Positions 14,309 to 24,766 of a DNA stretch of 64,000 nucleotides are shown here, piece after piece. Each line of letters starts with the position of its first letter. Positions within the stretch are counted from its first letter, which is position 1. The notes below the pieces were generated by a model. That model did not search any database and had not been told where the DNA came from. It saw nothing but the letters and a program-made list of their open reading frames with translations. The stretch lies in the IMG/VR virus record IMGVR_UViG_3300009082_000018, positions 45,594-109,593 of that record; one strand, written 5' to 3'. A program made the position numbers and the translations under genes. The DNA comes from a virus.

Positions 14309-16171
14309 CTAACCAAATGTCATGAGTGGCACGCGCCGCAATCGTTCCAAGGCGATGTTGCAGAAGTTCCACGCATGCACGCTGTGCGGATCCAGACCGA
14401 GGTTAACCCACTCCATTCTGAACGTGCCAGTTTCCTCGTTGACGACAGCCTTTTGCCGAACGATTTTCGTGGCATGCAAGTAGAAGTAGTTGCGGAAAAT
14501 CGCCTGGGGTTCGTAGCGGCCGGTCTCAAGGCCACGGGCCATTTGGATCAGCGTGCTTGGGGCAGGCCACTCGCAATTGCGGTGGGCAATCTCAGCAAGT
14601 GCGAAATCGATCGACATGTAACGGTTGAGAACGCAAGTGTACTTGAACTTGAGTCCTGGTCCACCCTTGCGGACGTTCATCTTGTCCTTGGGACGGTCTC
14701 CCCACTGCACAATGTCTCTCTGAGTGCCATGGCTATCGAGGTACCAGGCCACAAAGACACGTCGTGGGAAAGTACGAGCGAAGTCGATCGCCTCATTGGA
14801 GTTAGGCATGGCGTCGATGATGCACAGATCGACGTCGTACTCCTTCATCAATTGGTAGAGGCGCTTGAACGGAGTGATCCGCTGCCCACCTTCGTAGTAC
14901 ATCGGATTCATGCTGTCGATGATCTCGTAATGGATTATTCTCTTCTTTCCAGGTTGGCGCTCCGCGATGACCACGTAGTTGTTGCCTGACATCTGGTCCA
15001 CGCCCATGGCGACCTGGCTCTTGCGGCCCTTGACAGGGCCCCACAGGATGTCTGTGTTCTCGCATGCGATCAGATCATCTGTGCTGACCGGGACGTTTTC
15101 AGCATCGACGTATGGCTTGCCCAGCTTGGCGTTGTGGAACTCTTTCAGGTTTTGGGTCGTGGTAAAGGCACGCCAGATCTCTGCCGGCGATATGAACTTC
15201 GACATCATCTGGTGGATGTGGTAGCTGGAGACGTCCACGCCAGGATTGTGCGGTATGAATCGGCCATTCTGGGGATCGTTGATCCTCATCTTGCAACGGG
15301 GGCATCGGTAGTAGATCTCCTTGTCAGTGATGGCCATGCAATCTGGCCACACCTCAGACAAGATCACTCCGTCAGGGCAGTTACACTTAGAGTGCCAGTA
15401 ATTCTGAGTACCCTGAATGAACTGCCGGTGAATGTCCGCGTGTGGATAGCCGGCGGTGGAAACTTGCATGATCCATTTGAAGATGCTGTGGCTTACGCGT
15501 TCCCTCGCTTGGTCGATGTCCGCTGCATTCATCAGTCGGACTTCGTCGAAGGCTAGCATGTCAAATGGGGTAGAGTCCTTGGAGGCGACGCCGCCGAGGT
15601 GGCGCATGTAGAGGGAAGACTTGGCTCCTACCTTTTTGAATCCGATGGTGTCAGTGTCTTGAACGGCATCAGCTAACTCTGGGTTGCTCATCACCAGGGG
15701 ATAGAGCCGATCTTTGGACAGCAGGGCTACATCATCCTGGGTGGGGAAGAAGAAGCAAGCCTTGACCGAACGGTATAGGCAGAACCAGAAGAGCTTGAGC
15801 AGAACGAAGATCGTGGCACCCATCTGGGCGCTCTTCATTAGCACAAATTCCTTGTTTCGATCCAGATACATCGGAATAAGGTACTTGTGCGAGTCTATGT
15901 CAAACGGTTTGTGATCAACCTCGATACCTGTTGTGCAAGCCCATAGCAGGAAGTTCTCTTGCTTGAGGGCATTCAACTGGTCTGGGCTAACACTAGCCGG
16001 AGAGATTGAGCTGATACCTGAGAAGTCATGGGCCTGCTGCGATGGCATCAGGTTACCAAGGACATCTTGGATTGGCTGCTCGTCTTTCTTGATTTTTACG
16101 GCCTGCCGTGTCGGTTTGATCTTGACCGCTGTCCTTTTGGGAGGCGGGTTCTTCTTGATCTCTTCGTTCAT
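14309..16171 (-). CDS. Terminase large subunit (lambda GpA-like)
   Basis: MKSAQMGAT Walker A, AFDEV Walker B, CxC/CPRC, FHNAKLGKPY, MGVDQ nuclease motif. Confidence 0.85.
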   Translation of the reverse strand: MNEEIKKNPPPKRTAVKIKPTRQAVKIKKDEQPIQDVLGNLMPSQQAHDFSGISSISPASVSPDQLNALKQENFLLWACTTGIEVDHKPFDIDSHKYLIPMYLDRNKEFVLMKSAQMGATIFVLLKLFWFCLYRSVKACFFFPTQDDVALLSKDRLYPLVMSNPELADAVQDTDTIGFKKVGAKSSLYMRHLGGVASKDSTPFDMLAFDEVRLMNAADIDQARERVSHSIFKWIMQVSTAGYPHADIHRQFIQGTQNYWHSKCNCPDGVILSEVWPDCMAITDKEIYYRCPRCKMRINDPQNGRFIPHNPGVDVSSYHIHQMMSKFISPAEIWRAFTTTQNLKEFHNAKLGKPYVDAENVPVSTDDLIACENTDILWGPVKGRKSQVAMGVDQMSGNNYVVIAERQPGKKRIIHYEIIDSMNPMYYEGGQRITPFKRLYQLMKEYDVDLCIIDAMPNSNEAIDFARTFPRRVFVAWYLDSHGTQRDIVQWGDRPKDKMNVRKGGPGLKFKYTCVLNRYMSIDFALAEIAHRNCEWPAPSTLIQMARGLETGRYEPQAIFRNYFYLHATKIVRQKAVVNEETGTFRMEWVNLGLDPHSVHAWNFCNIALERLRRVPLMTFG

Positions 16172-16710
16172 GACCGTCTTCCCGGGTCTTGGAACACTTC
16201 TCTATCCGTCAAGAATATGATCTCGTCAGCGGCGTTGTGCAGCAGACTCGAGGCGACATTCTGAAAAGTGATCACTTCAACTCGCTTGTTCAACCTCTTC
16301 AACCTCTCAAGCAACAGAGCGTAGTCACCGTCACCAGAAACCAGCACGAAGGTGTCGAAGGTATCGATGTCGCTGATAGCGTCAACGGCAATTCCAACAT
16401 CCCAATCCGTGGCATACGGCTTGAGAAGACCTTTTTCGATCCTCATATCTCTGGTCTTCACTGTGAAACCAAGGTTGCGGAGTGATCGCAGGAAGCGAGC
16501 ATTCTGAGCGGGCTGCTTGTCGCTGCCTTGGACGGTCACAGCATAGGCAACGATCTTCGCTTGTCGCGGCATGTTCGCGAACTGTCTGGAACAGATCAGC
16601 TGCTTCAGAGATGAGTAGCTGACCCTCGCGTCCCTGCCATGGATCTCCCGGCAGGAATGCCAGAGGTTGTTCACGTCGATGGCGACGTATGCACGCTCAG
16701 CCTGGCTCAT
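16168..16710 (-). CDS. NYN/LabA (PIN-like) domain protein
   Basis: AIDVNNL, DWDVGIAVDA, LVSGDGDY. Confidence 0.9.
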   Translation of the reverse strand: MSQAERAYVAIDVNNLWHSCREIHGRDARVSYSSLKQLICSRQFANMPRQAKIVAYAVTVQGSDKQPAQNARFLRSLRNLGFTVKTRDMRIEKGLLKPYATDWDVGIAVDAISDIDTFDTFVLVSGDGDYALLLERLKRLNKRVEVITFQNVASSLLHNAADEIIFLTDREVFQDPGRRS

Positions 16711-16711
16711 T

Positions 16712-16843
16712 CTATTTCTTCAGCTCATTGTCCTTGCATGTGCAACGCAGCACGGGTTGTCTGCACTTGGAGCATCGTGGGACCTCGGGTGTCTTAGGCT
16801 TAGGCTCTTCTTGGGGGCGGCCTTTTTTCGACTTGTCTGACAT
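16712..16843 (-). CDS. 43-aa putative Zn-binding peptide (MSDKSKK...CSKC...CTCKDNELKK)
   Basis: Read by hand; AGGAG SD; fills the gap between RuvC and NYN genes. Confidence 0.45.
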   Translation of the reverse strand: MSDKSKKGRPQEEPKPKTPEVPRCSKCRQPVLRCTCKDNELKK

Positions 16844-17378
16844 TGATCTCTCCTGGGTCTTGACCCTTCATCTGCAGCATGCCGTAGGTGGCGATCAAAG
16901 ATGCGTCGGATCGACCGTCCAGGGATAGAACTTTGCCTCGTGGCTTGGTCAGCGGCAGTGTGGGGTACAGCCGCTGGCACTTCGTCATCGACCTGGCTTT
17001 GGGGTCTCCTGCCGGCACATCTCTCAACACCACCTTGGTCCACGTAGCGGGGTGGACTATATCATATTTGATCCCCAATCCGATACAGATTCCTTCCCAC
17101 AAACCGAACCCTCGTCCCGTCTTGAACGTGGAGCTGAGCCCTTGCTTGGGCATTGCCTGGGCCTGTTCCAACCAGACCATGACGTTGTCGCTCAAAGCCA
17201 TGAATTCTCTGAGTATGTTGCCCATCTCAGCGGTGGCGAAGTCGTGCTTGACCTTGCCCTTCTTGCCGAGGTTGACGGTTGGGGTGTCCCTGTAGTCCAC
17301 CAGGCGGAAGTTCACGTCGACGACGACGATCGCTCCCAAGAGTCCGTTGTCGATCCCAATTACTAACGGCTTTCCCAC
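16800..17378 (-). CDS. RuvC-like Holliday junction resolvase
   Basis: IGIDNG, WLEQAQAMPKQG, FKTGRGFG, PATW, DASLIA. Confidence 0.88.
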   Translation of the reverse strand: MGKPLVIGIDNGLLGAIVVVDVNFRLVDYRDTPTVNLGKKGKVKHDFATAEMGNILREFMALSDNVMVWLEQAQAMPKQGLSSTFKTGRGFGLWEGICIGLGIKYDIVHPATWTKVVLRDVPAGDPKARSMTKCQRLYPTLPLTKPRGKVLSLDGRSDASLIATYGMLQMKGQDPGEINVRQVEKRPPPRRA

Positions 17379-17399
17379 AGGGACACCCCTTCCATCGGA

Positions 17400-17732
17400 C
17401 TACGCGAGATGATCTTTGAGCTTGTCGACATAGCCATTGGCAATGCCGACATCCACCCAGTCCAGGAATGCTCTCTGGTCGGCGACCTTGGACGAGAGAG
17501 AGCCATTCACCGGGGGGATTCCTGCCGCCTTTCTCGGAGCCCTCTTGACCTTGGCACCGCTGGCCAAAGCCAGCTCACCTTTTTTCTTGAGCTGGCTCTT
17601 CATCGTTGCGAAGTACGATGACGAAAGCACACCCGGAGTCGCTTTGTCGAAGTCCTTGAACGTGCCTTGTGGGTCAGTCAGAAGGAACTTCCTGACCAGA
17701 TCGATTTTGGAACCACTCTTCTTTGACATCAT
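17400..17732 (-). CDS. Hypothetical basic protein
   Basis: ORF with GGAGG SD. Confidence 0.6.
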   Translation of the reverse strand: MMSKKSGSKIDLVRKFLLTDPQGTFKDFDKATPGVLSSSYFATMKSQLKKKGELALASGAKVKRAPRKAAGIPPVNGSLSSKVADQRAFLDWVDVGIANGYVDKLKDHLA

Positions 17733-17769
17733 AGCCTCCTGTTGAGCCACTGATTGGCTCGGCAACGGA

Positions 17770-18237
17770 CTACTCTTTCTTCGTAGGGGGTGTCAGATCT
17801 TTCGGGATCGAAGTGGCGAGCTGAATCACCGGAGCCCGCACGTTGGCGTCGAATAGCACGCCGCAGCCAGGGCAGCGAATCAGATTCTGGTCTGGCGGCG
17901 CATCGTCAGGGATGTCATGGGCGTGGATCTCTTGGGTCTCGTCCTTGTAGACGACGAAGGTGTCGATCGTCTTCTCCTGGTGATTCACCTGATCGTGAAT
18001 TTCGATGTGCTTCTTCATCCAGGCCAGGAATGGCTTGATCTTCATCAGCTGAGCAAAGACCTCTAGGTAGCGGAGCGCCTGATTGAGGTGCTTGACCGTA
18101 GGCCACTCCTTGAGAGCCCGTGCTCGGATGTACTCCTCCTGGATGTCTTTTTCCTCCTGCTCGGCGGCCTTCTCCTTCTTCTCGGCTATCTTCTTCTCGA
18201 ATGGAGACCTCTGATCGTTTTTCTTCTGGCTACTCAT
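17770..18237 (-). CDS. Hypothetical protein
   Basis: ORF. Confidence 0.6.
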   Translation of the reverse strand: MSSQKKNDQRSPFEKKIAEKKEKAAEQEEKDIQEEYIRARALKEWPTVKHLNQALRYLEVFAQLMKIKPFLAWMKKHIEIHDQVNHQEKTIDTFVVYKDETQEIHAHDIPDDAPPDQNLIRCPGCGVLFDANVRAPVIQLATSIPKDLTPPTKKE

Positions 18238-18646
18238 GGTGACCCTTCCTCTTGGCCTTTTCCAGCTGCAGCCAGTTGTGAACTTCCTGCTGGCTTGGTA
18301 GTACCAGCTTGGCCCAGTCCTGCACCAGATCAAGCTGATCTTCAGTGAAGATTGGGATGCTCAACTCGATAGCTTCTGTGTGCTCTCCAACGGCTCCGGT
18401 GGATTGTTCCCATCCGTTGAGCATGATAATAGCATCGCACCGTCGAAGCAACTCAAGAGTGGCCTCGTACCAGTAATTGGCCGTCTCCATACCATAAAAG
18501 AACCTGTACATGGTGTGTGGACAAAGAGCTACGACATTGCCTAGGGCACACACCTTCAGTGACAACTCTTCGGCCCGTCGAACATTGTTCTCGATTAGCC
18601 ATGGAGTTGGCGCTGTGAATGGACCTGCAATGTACACTGTTTTCAT
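18230..18646 (-). CDS. Nucleoside deoxyribosyltransferase-like (DUF4406-type) protein
   Basis: VYIAGPF, CPH, CDAIIMLNGWEQSTGAVGE. Confidence 0.75.
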   Translation of the reverse strand: MKTVYIAGPFTAPTPWLIENNVRRAEELSLKVCALGNVVALCPHTMYRFFYGMETANYWYEATLELLRRCDAIIMLNGWEQSTGAVGEHTEAIELSIPIFTEDQLDLVQDWAKLVLPSQQEVHNWLQLEKAKRKGHHE

Positions 18647-18660
18647 GATCAACTCCTGTG

Positions 18661-19230
18661 TCAGTCGATCTTCCATTTGGCGTTCTTTTTTCTATCGTCG
18701 ATAGCTTCTTTGACTGTCTCTTCTTTGATCTTCATTACAACCTCTCCATTTGGAGATACCAACTTCATTGTGCCAGGAGGCAATGTTGGATCAGAGATAA
18801 TAGGGAAGTTAGGGAAGATGTAGTTTGGGTTTTCAGCTTGCTTCTTCAAGGCCTCGTAGCGCCGTTTGGATTCCTCAGCGTAGCTGGTGCCATACTCCTT
18901 GAGGATGCCACCGACCATCTCATGAGCCATAGTCCTCATGTGCATTGAGATCAATTTGGCTTGCTCTGATGAATCTCCAACGGTCAGCAGTGCCATGTGG
19001 GAGACGACATCTTCCACAGTCACTAATTTCGCAGCGGATTGTACCTTGATCGAAGCAAACAATGACAACTTGTAGTCTGGACCTAGATCTGACCTTAACG
19101 TGACTTTGAGAGGCCCAGCGAACATACTCATGTCCCATCCGATTTTAGACAGGGATTCCTTGATGTCATTGATGGCCAAGTCACATAGTGCCTTGTTCAA
19201 GGCATCATCTGGAAGTTTGAAACTGATCAT
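18661..19230 (-). CDS. Hypothetical protein
   Basis: ORF; ends RKKNAKWKID. Confidence 0.6.
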   Translation of the reverse strand: MISFKLPDDALNKALCDLAINDIKESLSKIGWDMSMFAGPLKVTLRSDLGPDYKLSLFASIKVQSAAKLVTVEDVVSHMALLTVGDSSEQAKLISMHMRTMAHEMVGGILKEYGTSYAEESKRRYEALKKQAENPNYIFPNFPIISDPTLPPGTMKLVSPNGEVVMKIKEETVKEAIDDRKKNAKWKID

Positions 19231-21158
19231 GACGCCTCGAGCTGAGTCACGCCGTTGCGCTTGATCAGTTTCAGCGTCTTCGCGAAGAGCCCCTTCATTG
19301 AATCTAGATGAGTGATGACGAAGATGGACCCTGCATCCACTGCCAAATCCGAAAGCAGTTCCATGACAGCTTCAACACCGGATTCATCCAGGTTCTCAAA
19401 AGGCTCATCGAGAAATCGCTGAGGATAAGGACGCCGAGAGCGCGAAGACATAAGGTCAGACATGACAAAATTGATCGCGAGATCTGCTCGACCCTTCTCT
19501 CCACCGCTGTTGCCAGCGTAAGAATCCGCTCCGTGGAGGTTGGTGACCTGTACAGAGAACTTCTCACGGGTCTCTCCTGACTTCAGGGTGGTCTGGGTGT
19601 TGAACTTGATCGACAGCTCGTCGCCGGCCAAGGCCCGAATGTGGTGATCGACCCGCTCATTCAGGAATGGCGTCACCGAAGCCAGGATATGACTCTTCAG
19701 CCCTCTGTTGGAGAAGCCGTATTGCCAGAAGTGGAGATGCTCCAGATCGATCTGCAACCGGCGGATGGAGGCCCGAACCTTGGCCATCTCCTCCCTCTTC
19801 GTGACCACCAATCGTTGAGCGTCGTCGATCAAGTCGTTGAACGAAGTGGTCTCGGTTTGCTTCTGCTTGAACAGTTTGCGCAGCGTAAACTCCTGCCGGT
19901 TCAGTGCTGCCAGCTCGTTGACCCAAGCCTTGGCTGTTGAGGCCTCGTCTACCAGCTTGAGGTGGGAGGTCTCTTGCTCATTGAGCTTGGCTACGATGGT
20001 GGTGTAGGCCGCGTTATGGGCTTCTTGGCTGTTCGTCAGATCAGATTCGAGTAGCTCAATCTGCTTGGACAGCGAACTGGCTAGTGCCTTCTTATCACTG
20101 ATCTTCTTTTCGATAGTGTGGTGGCAGGACTTGATATGTGTCTCGTTGACAATCTGTCTACATGTTGGGCACGGCGATCCCTCCATGCGCTCCAGGTCAA
20201 CAACCTCAGTCTTCAGAGCGGTCAGCGCATCCAAAGCCAACCTATGTCCTGCTCTGGCAGTAGCCAGTTTGTCTTTGATCTCAGTTCTCAGGTCGTCCCA
20301 CTTCTGTTTCAGTTCGTCGCTCTGACCCTTGAGGTGAGCAGTGGTGGCCTTGGAGTCAGCAAGGGCCTTGGAGAAGTCAATCGCCTGACTTTGCTCCCAC
20401 AAGACCTCCTGCTGCTCGACTACGGCCACGATCTGCTTAGCCAGGTCACAAAGCGAGTAGCGTTTGTCCTTGCTCCAGTTGGCCCGTTCCGATTCGTAGC
20501 GCTGCACAGTGTCTTGTAGATCACCAATATCTTCTGCCAGGGTGGCGTAGTTTTGCTCATCCTGGGTCAAGCGCTGACTGACTAACGAAACACGATCGTT
20601 GGTCTCTTTCAGCGCCTCAGCCAGAACGCCAGTCTGCAGAGCCCTATCGAAGATGGCCTTCTGCTCACCATCGGTCATCTCTGAGAACTTTTTGAAGTGC
20701 CCTTGAGGGATCATTGGTCCCTGGATGAAGGTGTCGTAGTCGATGCCGAGGAAAGCGTTGACCTTGTCCTGGGTCAGAGTCGAAGTGCCTTGGCTCAGAT
20801 CGTTGGAGTAGGCACCTTCGTAGTGCTCGAATTCGAGATCGTTACCGTTCGTGTCGTGCTTGCGGTAGCGGCTGATGCAGTAGGTCTTGTCTTCGTGACC
20901 TACCCAGACCTCCACCATGCAGTTCTTCTTAGCCTGGCGATTCACAACACCGTCACCGGTCTGACCCCTCGTAGTCTTGCCCCAGAGGGCCCAGACCAAC
21001 GCCTCGAAGAGGGTCGACTTGCCGGCGCCATTGCTGTCCGCTGCCGGGCTGTCGTAGTTCTCTCCGGAGATGAGAACCAGGCCTTGGTTCTCCATCTCCC
21101 AGGTCACCCTGTCAGTGATGGAGAAGAAGTTTTCGATGATGGTGCGAATAAAGATCAT
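19227..21158 (-). CDS. SbcC/Rad50 (gp46-like) ATPase
   Basis: NGAGKST, CPTC zinc hook, SGGEK, FLDEPFENLD, ITH. Confidence 0.93.
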   Translation of the reverse strand: MIFIRTIIENFFSITDRVTWEMENQGLVLISGENYDSPAADSNGAGKSTLFEALVWALWGKTTRGQTGDGVVNRQAKKNCMVEVWVGHEDKTYCISRYRKHDTNGNDLEFEHYEGAYSNDLSQGTSTLTQDKVNAFLGIDYDTFIQGPMIPQGHFKKFSEMTDGEQKAIFDRALQTGVLAEALKETNDRVSLVSQRLTQDEQNYATLAEDIGDLQDTVQRYESERANWSKDKRYSLCDLAKQIVAVVEQQEVLWEQSQAIDFSKALADSKATTAHLKGQSDELKQKWDDLRTEIKDKLATARAGHRLALDALTALKTEVVDLERMEGSPCPTCRQIVNETHIKSCHHTIEKKISDKKALASSLSKQIELLESDLTNSQEAHNAAYTTIVAKLNEQETSHLKLVDEASTAKAWVNELAALNRQEFTLRKLFKQKQTETTSFNDLIDDAQRLVVTKREEMAKVRASIRRLQIDLEHLHFWQYGFSNRGLKSHILASVTPFLNERVDHHIRALAGDELSIKFNTQTTLKSGETREKFSVQVTNLHGADSYAGNSGGEKGRADLAINFVMSDLMSSRSRRPYPQRFLDEPFENLDESGVEAVMELLSDLAVDAGSIFVITHLDSMKGLFAKTLKLIKRNGVTQLEAS

Positions 21159-21382
21159 ACAAGGTCTTCCTTCTCAGCGAACCAATCTACGATGACGAGT
21201 GTGCCTCTACTGTTCTCTTCATCGTCAAAGACCTCTGAGTCGTCGTGGACAGCTGACTTTGGAATCCAGCGGCTCTCTTCCAAGTCTGGGATGTAGATGA
21301 GGAGAGCCTTATCAGTGGCTCGCTTGACCTCGCAGTCGTCAAATCGTGCTGGCATGACATTTCTCACATGGCAGCTTCTCAC
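21155..21382 (-). CDS. Hypothetical protein
   Basis: TDKALLI...WIPKS...WFAEKEDL small phage family pattern. Confidence 0.6.
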   Translation of the reverse strand: MRSCHVRNVMPARFDDCEVKRATDKALLIYIPDLEESRWIPKSAVHDDSEVFDDEENSRGTLVIVDWFAEKEDLV

Positions 21383-21560
21383 CGTGAAGCTTGCAGCGTG
21401 GCACTATTCGGTAGTGGATGACTCTTGATCCGACTCTGGATGATTCCACGTAGCCTCGCTGCTCCAACACTCGCATTTGGCTAACCGTCATCCTTACTGT
21501 AGACGGTAAGAACCACCCTGTCGGAGCCCTCGTCTCCAGTATCTTCAGTAGTGCGTCCAC
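21339..21560 (-). CDS. Hypothetical protein
   Basis: ORF. Confidence 0.45.
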   Translation of the reverse strand: MDALLKILETRAPTGWFLPSTVRMTVSQMRVLEQRGYVESSRVGSRVIHYRIVPRCKLHGEKLPCEKCHASTI

Positions 21561-21810
21561 TAACTTCCTCCTCTTTGGTCTCGAGCTGAGCCAGATGGGC
21601 CTCTATCTCTGGGATGCGGGCTGCTTGCTCACGAGCGTATCTCAGTTGCTCCTTGAGGCAGCAGACCATGCACCACTGTTGGTACATACCGTGAACGAAC
21701 GCCAATGTCCCTTCTGTGCCAGTCCAGAATGTTGTAGCTGGTCTTTGCTGGCAGTTCTGGCACGTTCCGCTGGGTTGGGTAGAAGTGTTGGCGAGGTTGA
21801 TCTCTTCCAC
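21481..21810 (-). CDS. Hypothetical Zn-finger protein
   Basis: CQNC...CMVC. Confidence 0.5.
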   Translation of the reverse strand: MEEINLANTSTQPSGTCQNCQQRPATTFWTGTEGTLAFVHGMYQQWCMVCCLKEQLRYAREQAARIPEIEAHLAQLETKEEEVSGRTTEDTGDEGSDRVVLTVYSKDDG

Positions 21811-21813
21811 GGC

Positions 21814-22191
21814 TCACCACCTCATATCGCGTTGAACTACAATGTGACCAAGTCGATTGAATCGCTTGAACTCTACGATCTCTTCTCCGTCTGTTTCACG
21901 GCGATTCATCTCGAACCATGCCTCGTATTCCGGCGGCTCAGCTCCCTCTTCCAGTTCATCGAACAATGGACTGAGACAGAGGTACAGGATGTCATCCGTT
22001 ATCGGGCTTGGTCTAGCCTCGACAACGAAGACACGCCTCATCAGCTCGGAGACCTCTTTCCACTTTCGACCATGAACACTGCAGCCTTCCGCACCGATCT
22101 CATTTGGTACCGTGGCTGGGATTCGGATGTATCCCCAGCGGCTGCTGTACTTCCTGACCGTCGACACCGGGAATTTGGCCAGCGTCATCAT
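21814..22191 (-). CDS. Hypothetical protein
   Basis: ORF overlapping SbcD stop. Confidence 0.6.
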   Translation of the reverse strand: MMTLAKFPVSTVRKYSSRWGYIRIPATVPNEIGAEGCSVHGRKWKEVSELMRRVFVVEARPSPITDDILYLCLSPLFDELEEGAEPPEYEAWFEMNRRETDGEEIVEFKRFNRLGHIVVQRDMRW

Positions 22192-23294
22192 TCGTATCTC
22201 TCGAGCGCCTTGGCCAAGATGTTGTTACCAAAACCGATCAAGCTGTCTTCGTCCAGGTCGTCGGGGACTTCCTTCTTGACGAAGGTGACAACCATCTCCT
22301 CGTGGTCCATCGCGGGGTGGAATTCATTATTCTTGGTAGCACCCATAATGGAACTGGCTTTCTGATCAAGCCAAAATTCTACAACCTTGGCCCCAGCCTT
22401 CAGGTACTCGACCCTGATCTGCTCGCTTGTTGCACCAGAAAGAGGAGCGTTATGGACCACGCGAATGAAGTTGCCCTGCAGGTCCACTACGGTCATGTTG
22501 GAGACGTTGTCGATCGGCACCTTCACGAACTTGGGTGCTGAGGTCAGGTGGTGAAACTTGACCACGTTCGTTTCAGTGTCCCAGATCAAGCAGCCTCGGC
22601 GCTGATCTGCGTCTCCCCAATTGTGGTGGTGCGTAGCACCGATGTACTGGACGCTGGGTTGAAGCGTCTGGGGCTTGTGGAAGTCACCAAGGAAGATGCG
22701 ACGGAAGTAGTCGGGCCGCAAATCATCGACCTTGGTAGCGCTCTCGTCCGGCATGTGGAAGTTGCAGCCAACCACACCGCCGGCTATCGGAAGATGGCCA
22801 AGCATAATCGCCTGACCTTCGAAGTCAGGGTTTAGATTCAGATCAATGATCTCTTTTATTGGAGCATTCTTGCTTTGCGCCGGCAATGCGAAAACGTGGA
22901 GATCAGGTGTGAAGTTGAACCACTCTGGCTTGTCCATCACCGTGACGATGGAGCCGAAGGCGTAGATGCTGTGCTCTCGCCCGGCTCGATCGCCCTGGTC
23001 ATGGTTGCCAACCAGGAGCCCTACAAATTCCCTGCCGATCTTCAGTCTAGCTATCGCATCGTAGATGGCGTTGAAGGTCGAGATCTTCATTGTCCCGGCG
23101 CCTGGCCGGATGTGAAAGAGGTCCCCTCCGAAGAGAATCCCATCCACATCTTCCTTGTCGGCGATGGCTTTGATCTCCTGAAGGATCAAGATGGCGTCAT
23201 GCAGACGGCTGTTCCTACCAACGGGCTGCGGAAGGACCGTGGAATACGCCTTGAAGGCGTGAGCGTGCAGGTCGCTGAAGAGCAGGACTTTCAT
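22188..23294 (-). CDS. SbcD/Mre11 (gp47-like) nuclease
   Basis: SDLH, GDLFH, GNHD, GH, GDFH. Confidence 0.92.
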   Translation of the reverse strand: MKVLLFSDLHAHAFKAYSTVLPQPVGRNSRLHDAILILQEIKAIADKEDVDGILFGGDLFHIRPGAGTMKISTFNAIYDAIARLKIGREFVGLLVGNHDQGDRAGREHSIYAFGSIVTVMDKPEWFNFTPDLHVFALPAQSKNAPIKEIIDLNLNPDFEGQAIMLGHLPIAGGVVGCNFHMPDESATKVDDLRPDYFRRIFLGDFHKPQTLQPSVQYIGATHHHNWGDADQRRGCLIWDTETNVVKFHHLTSAPKFVKVPIDNVSNMTVVDLQGNFIRVVHNAPLSGATSEQIRVEYLKAGAKVVEFWLDQKASSIMGATKNNEFHPAMDHEEMVVTFVKKEVPDDLDEDSLIGFGNNILAKALERYE

Positions 23295-23476
23295 GTCTTC
23301 GCCGCTTCTTTACGAACAAAGATCAGGTATGCGTCACTGCTCCCATTGACAGTTCCACGAAGTGTCCACCCTTCGTCGAGTCTTTTCTGGACTGCATCTT
23401 GTAGCCCCTTTCGGACACCTACGGCGCCGAAGCGTACCTCGTCTATCTCACATACCATGCGATGACTCTTCTTCAT
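23291..23476 (-). CDS. Hypothetical protein
   Basis: ORF with coupled overlaps. Confidence 0.5.
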   Translation of the reverse strand: MKKSHRMVCEIDEVRFGAVGVRKGLQDAVQKRLDEGWTLRGTVNGSSDAYLIFVRKEAAKT

Positions 23477-23793
23477 GAAGTCTTCTCAGCTCCACACTCT
23501 GAGCACTTTTCTGCTTTGGGTTTTTGCACTCTGTGGAGGTACTCAACGAAGCAAGCGATGTTGCAGAAGTCTAGAGTGCCTGTCTCACTAAGCCTGATGT
23601 AGTGAGTGTCTCCAGTCCTATCTGGCTTGCGACCCTTTGCAATCGAGATTCCCTGGCCGCGAATCTGAATCCAACCTATCTCCAGGTACCAGTCGGTTGT
23701 CTCCCTCTTGCAGTTGTCGCAAACGTGCTTGGTCAAGGTGGACATGAATTCCTCGGAGGTTTCTGGTTTCTTCAGGCTCATAGCCTCTTCCAC
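23473..23793 (-). CDS. Hypothetical Zn-binding protein
   Basis: CDNC, DFCNIAC, CSEC. Confidence 0.55.
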   Translation of the reverse strand: MEEAMSLKKPETSEEFMSTLTKHVCDNCKRETTDWYLEIGWIQIRGQGISIAKGRKPDRTGDTHYIRLSETGTLDFCNIACFVEYLHRVQKPKAEKCSECGAEKTS

Positions 23794-24152
23794 TTAATAT
23801 TTGAGATCACGATATTCACCGTGTCAGCTTCCTCAGCTAACGCCTTGTCTACGTAGTCGTGGACATCAGCCATGCTCATCTCACAGTTCTGCAAGGTGAG
23901 ATTGACCTCTTTGGGCCTGGAGACACTGATCTTCACACCAGGTGTGGTGAAGCACATGCGGACTCTAGGAGGGAACTCCTTCCGCATAGCCTGGGCGAAA
24001 GCAGCAGATCGATCGTGCGGGGTGCCGGCAGGGAATTGGACGTGGATCACGACGTCGTTGGAGCTGACCTTCATCAGCTCCGTCTTGATCCCTGAGATTA
24101 GCTGTCCGACGCCAGGGATGTCCCAGATGGTCTTTTTCTCTTCATCGACCAT
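23778..24152 (-). CDS. Hypothetical protein
   Basis: ORF. Confidence 0.6.
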   Translation of the reverse strand: MVDEEKKTIWDIPGVGQLISGIKTELMKVSSNDVVIHVQFPAGTPHDRSAAFAQAMRKEFPPRVRMCFTTPGVKISVSRPKEVNLTLQNCEMSMADVHDYVDKALAEEADTVNIVISNIKWKRL

Positions 24153-24693
24153 GGCGTAGGAGGGTCCACATGGAACGAAGAGCCTCTTCGACTGGACTGC
24201 TCCACCCCTCGTCCAGGGACCATCGTATCTCTATGCCATCGGTAAGGTAGAAGTCGATGAAGGAGTAGTAGACCTCCCCCGGCATATCTGGGTGCTCTAC
24301 TTCATCAACAAAGATCTTATCAGCGTGTGTTGCAAAGAAGATCACGATGTCGTAGTCAATGCAGTCCTTGGCGCTGGTGAACAGCCACTGAATGCACTGC
24401 TTGAGAGAGATCTGTTTCAGGTCAGGAGGTGGCTTGATTGTGCGACCAATCCCAGGAAGCTCGTATTGGTTCTGAAGGATCTTGACCTGCTCATCTGGCA
24501 GCACCACCGTGGCAGCAGCTCCGAAGATATCCACGTGGGCCACTGCCAATGGCAGCTTGGCATCGACCTCAAAGGTCAGTCGCGTGATGTTTGGGACCGG
24601 CTTGCCGTCATGCCATACCTTGCACTGCTTGGGCTTCGAACCCAGCTGGAAGTACCAACCAATTTGTGGGATGGTGGGATCGTCAATTGACAT
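24142..24693 (-). CDS. Hypothetical protein
   Basis: ORF. Confidence 0.6.
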   Translation of the reverse strand: MSIDDPTIPQIGWYFQLGSKPKQCKVWHDGKPVPNITRLTFEVDAKLPLAVAHVDIFGAAATVVLPDEQVKILQNQYELPGIGRTIKPPPDLKQISLKQCIQWLFTSAKDCIDYDIVIFFATHADKIFVDEVEHPDMPGEVYYSFIDFYLTDGIEIRWSLDEGWSSPVEEALRSMWTLLRHGR

Positions 24694-24766
24694 TGGTCCC
24701 CTCGATCTTCAATATCTAACGATTCGACATCATCCTACTAACAGCGATCCAGATCAACAAAATTCG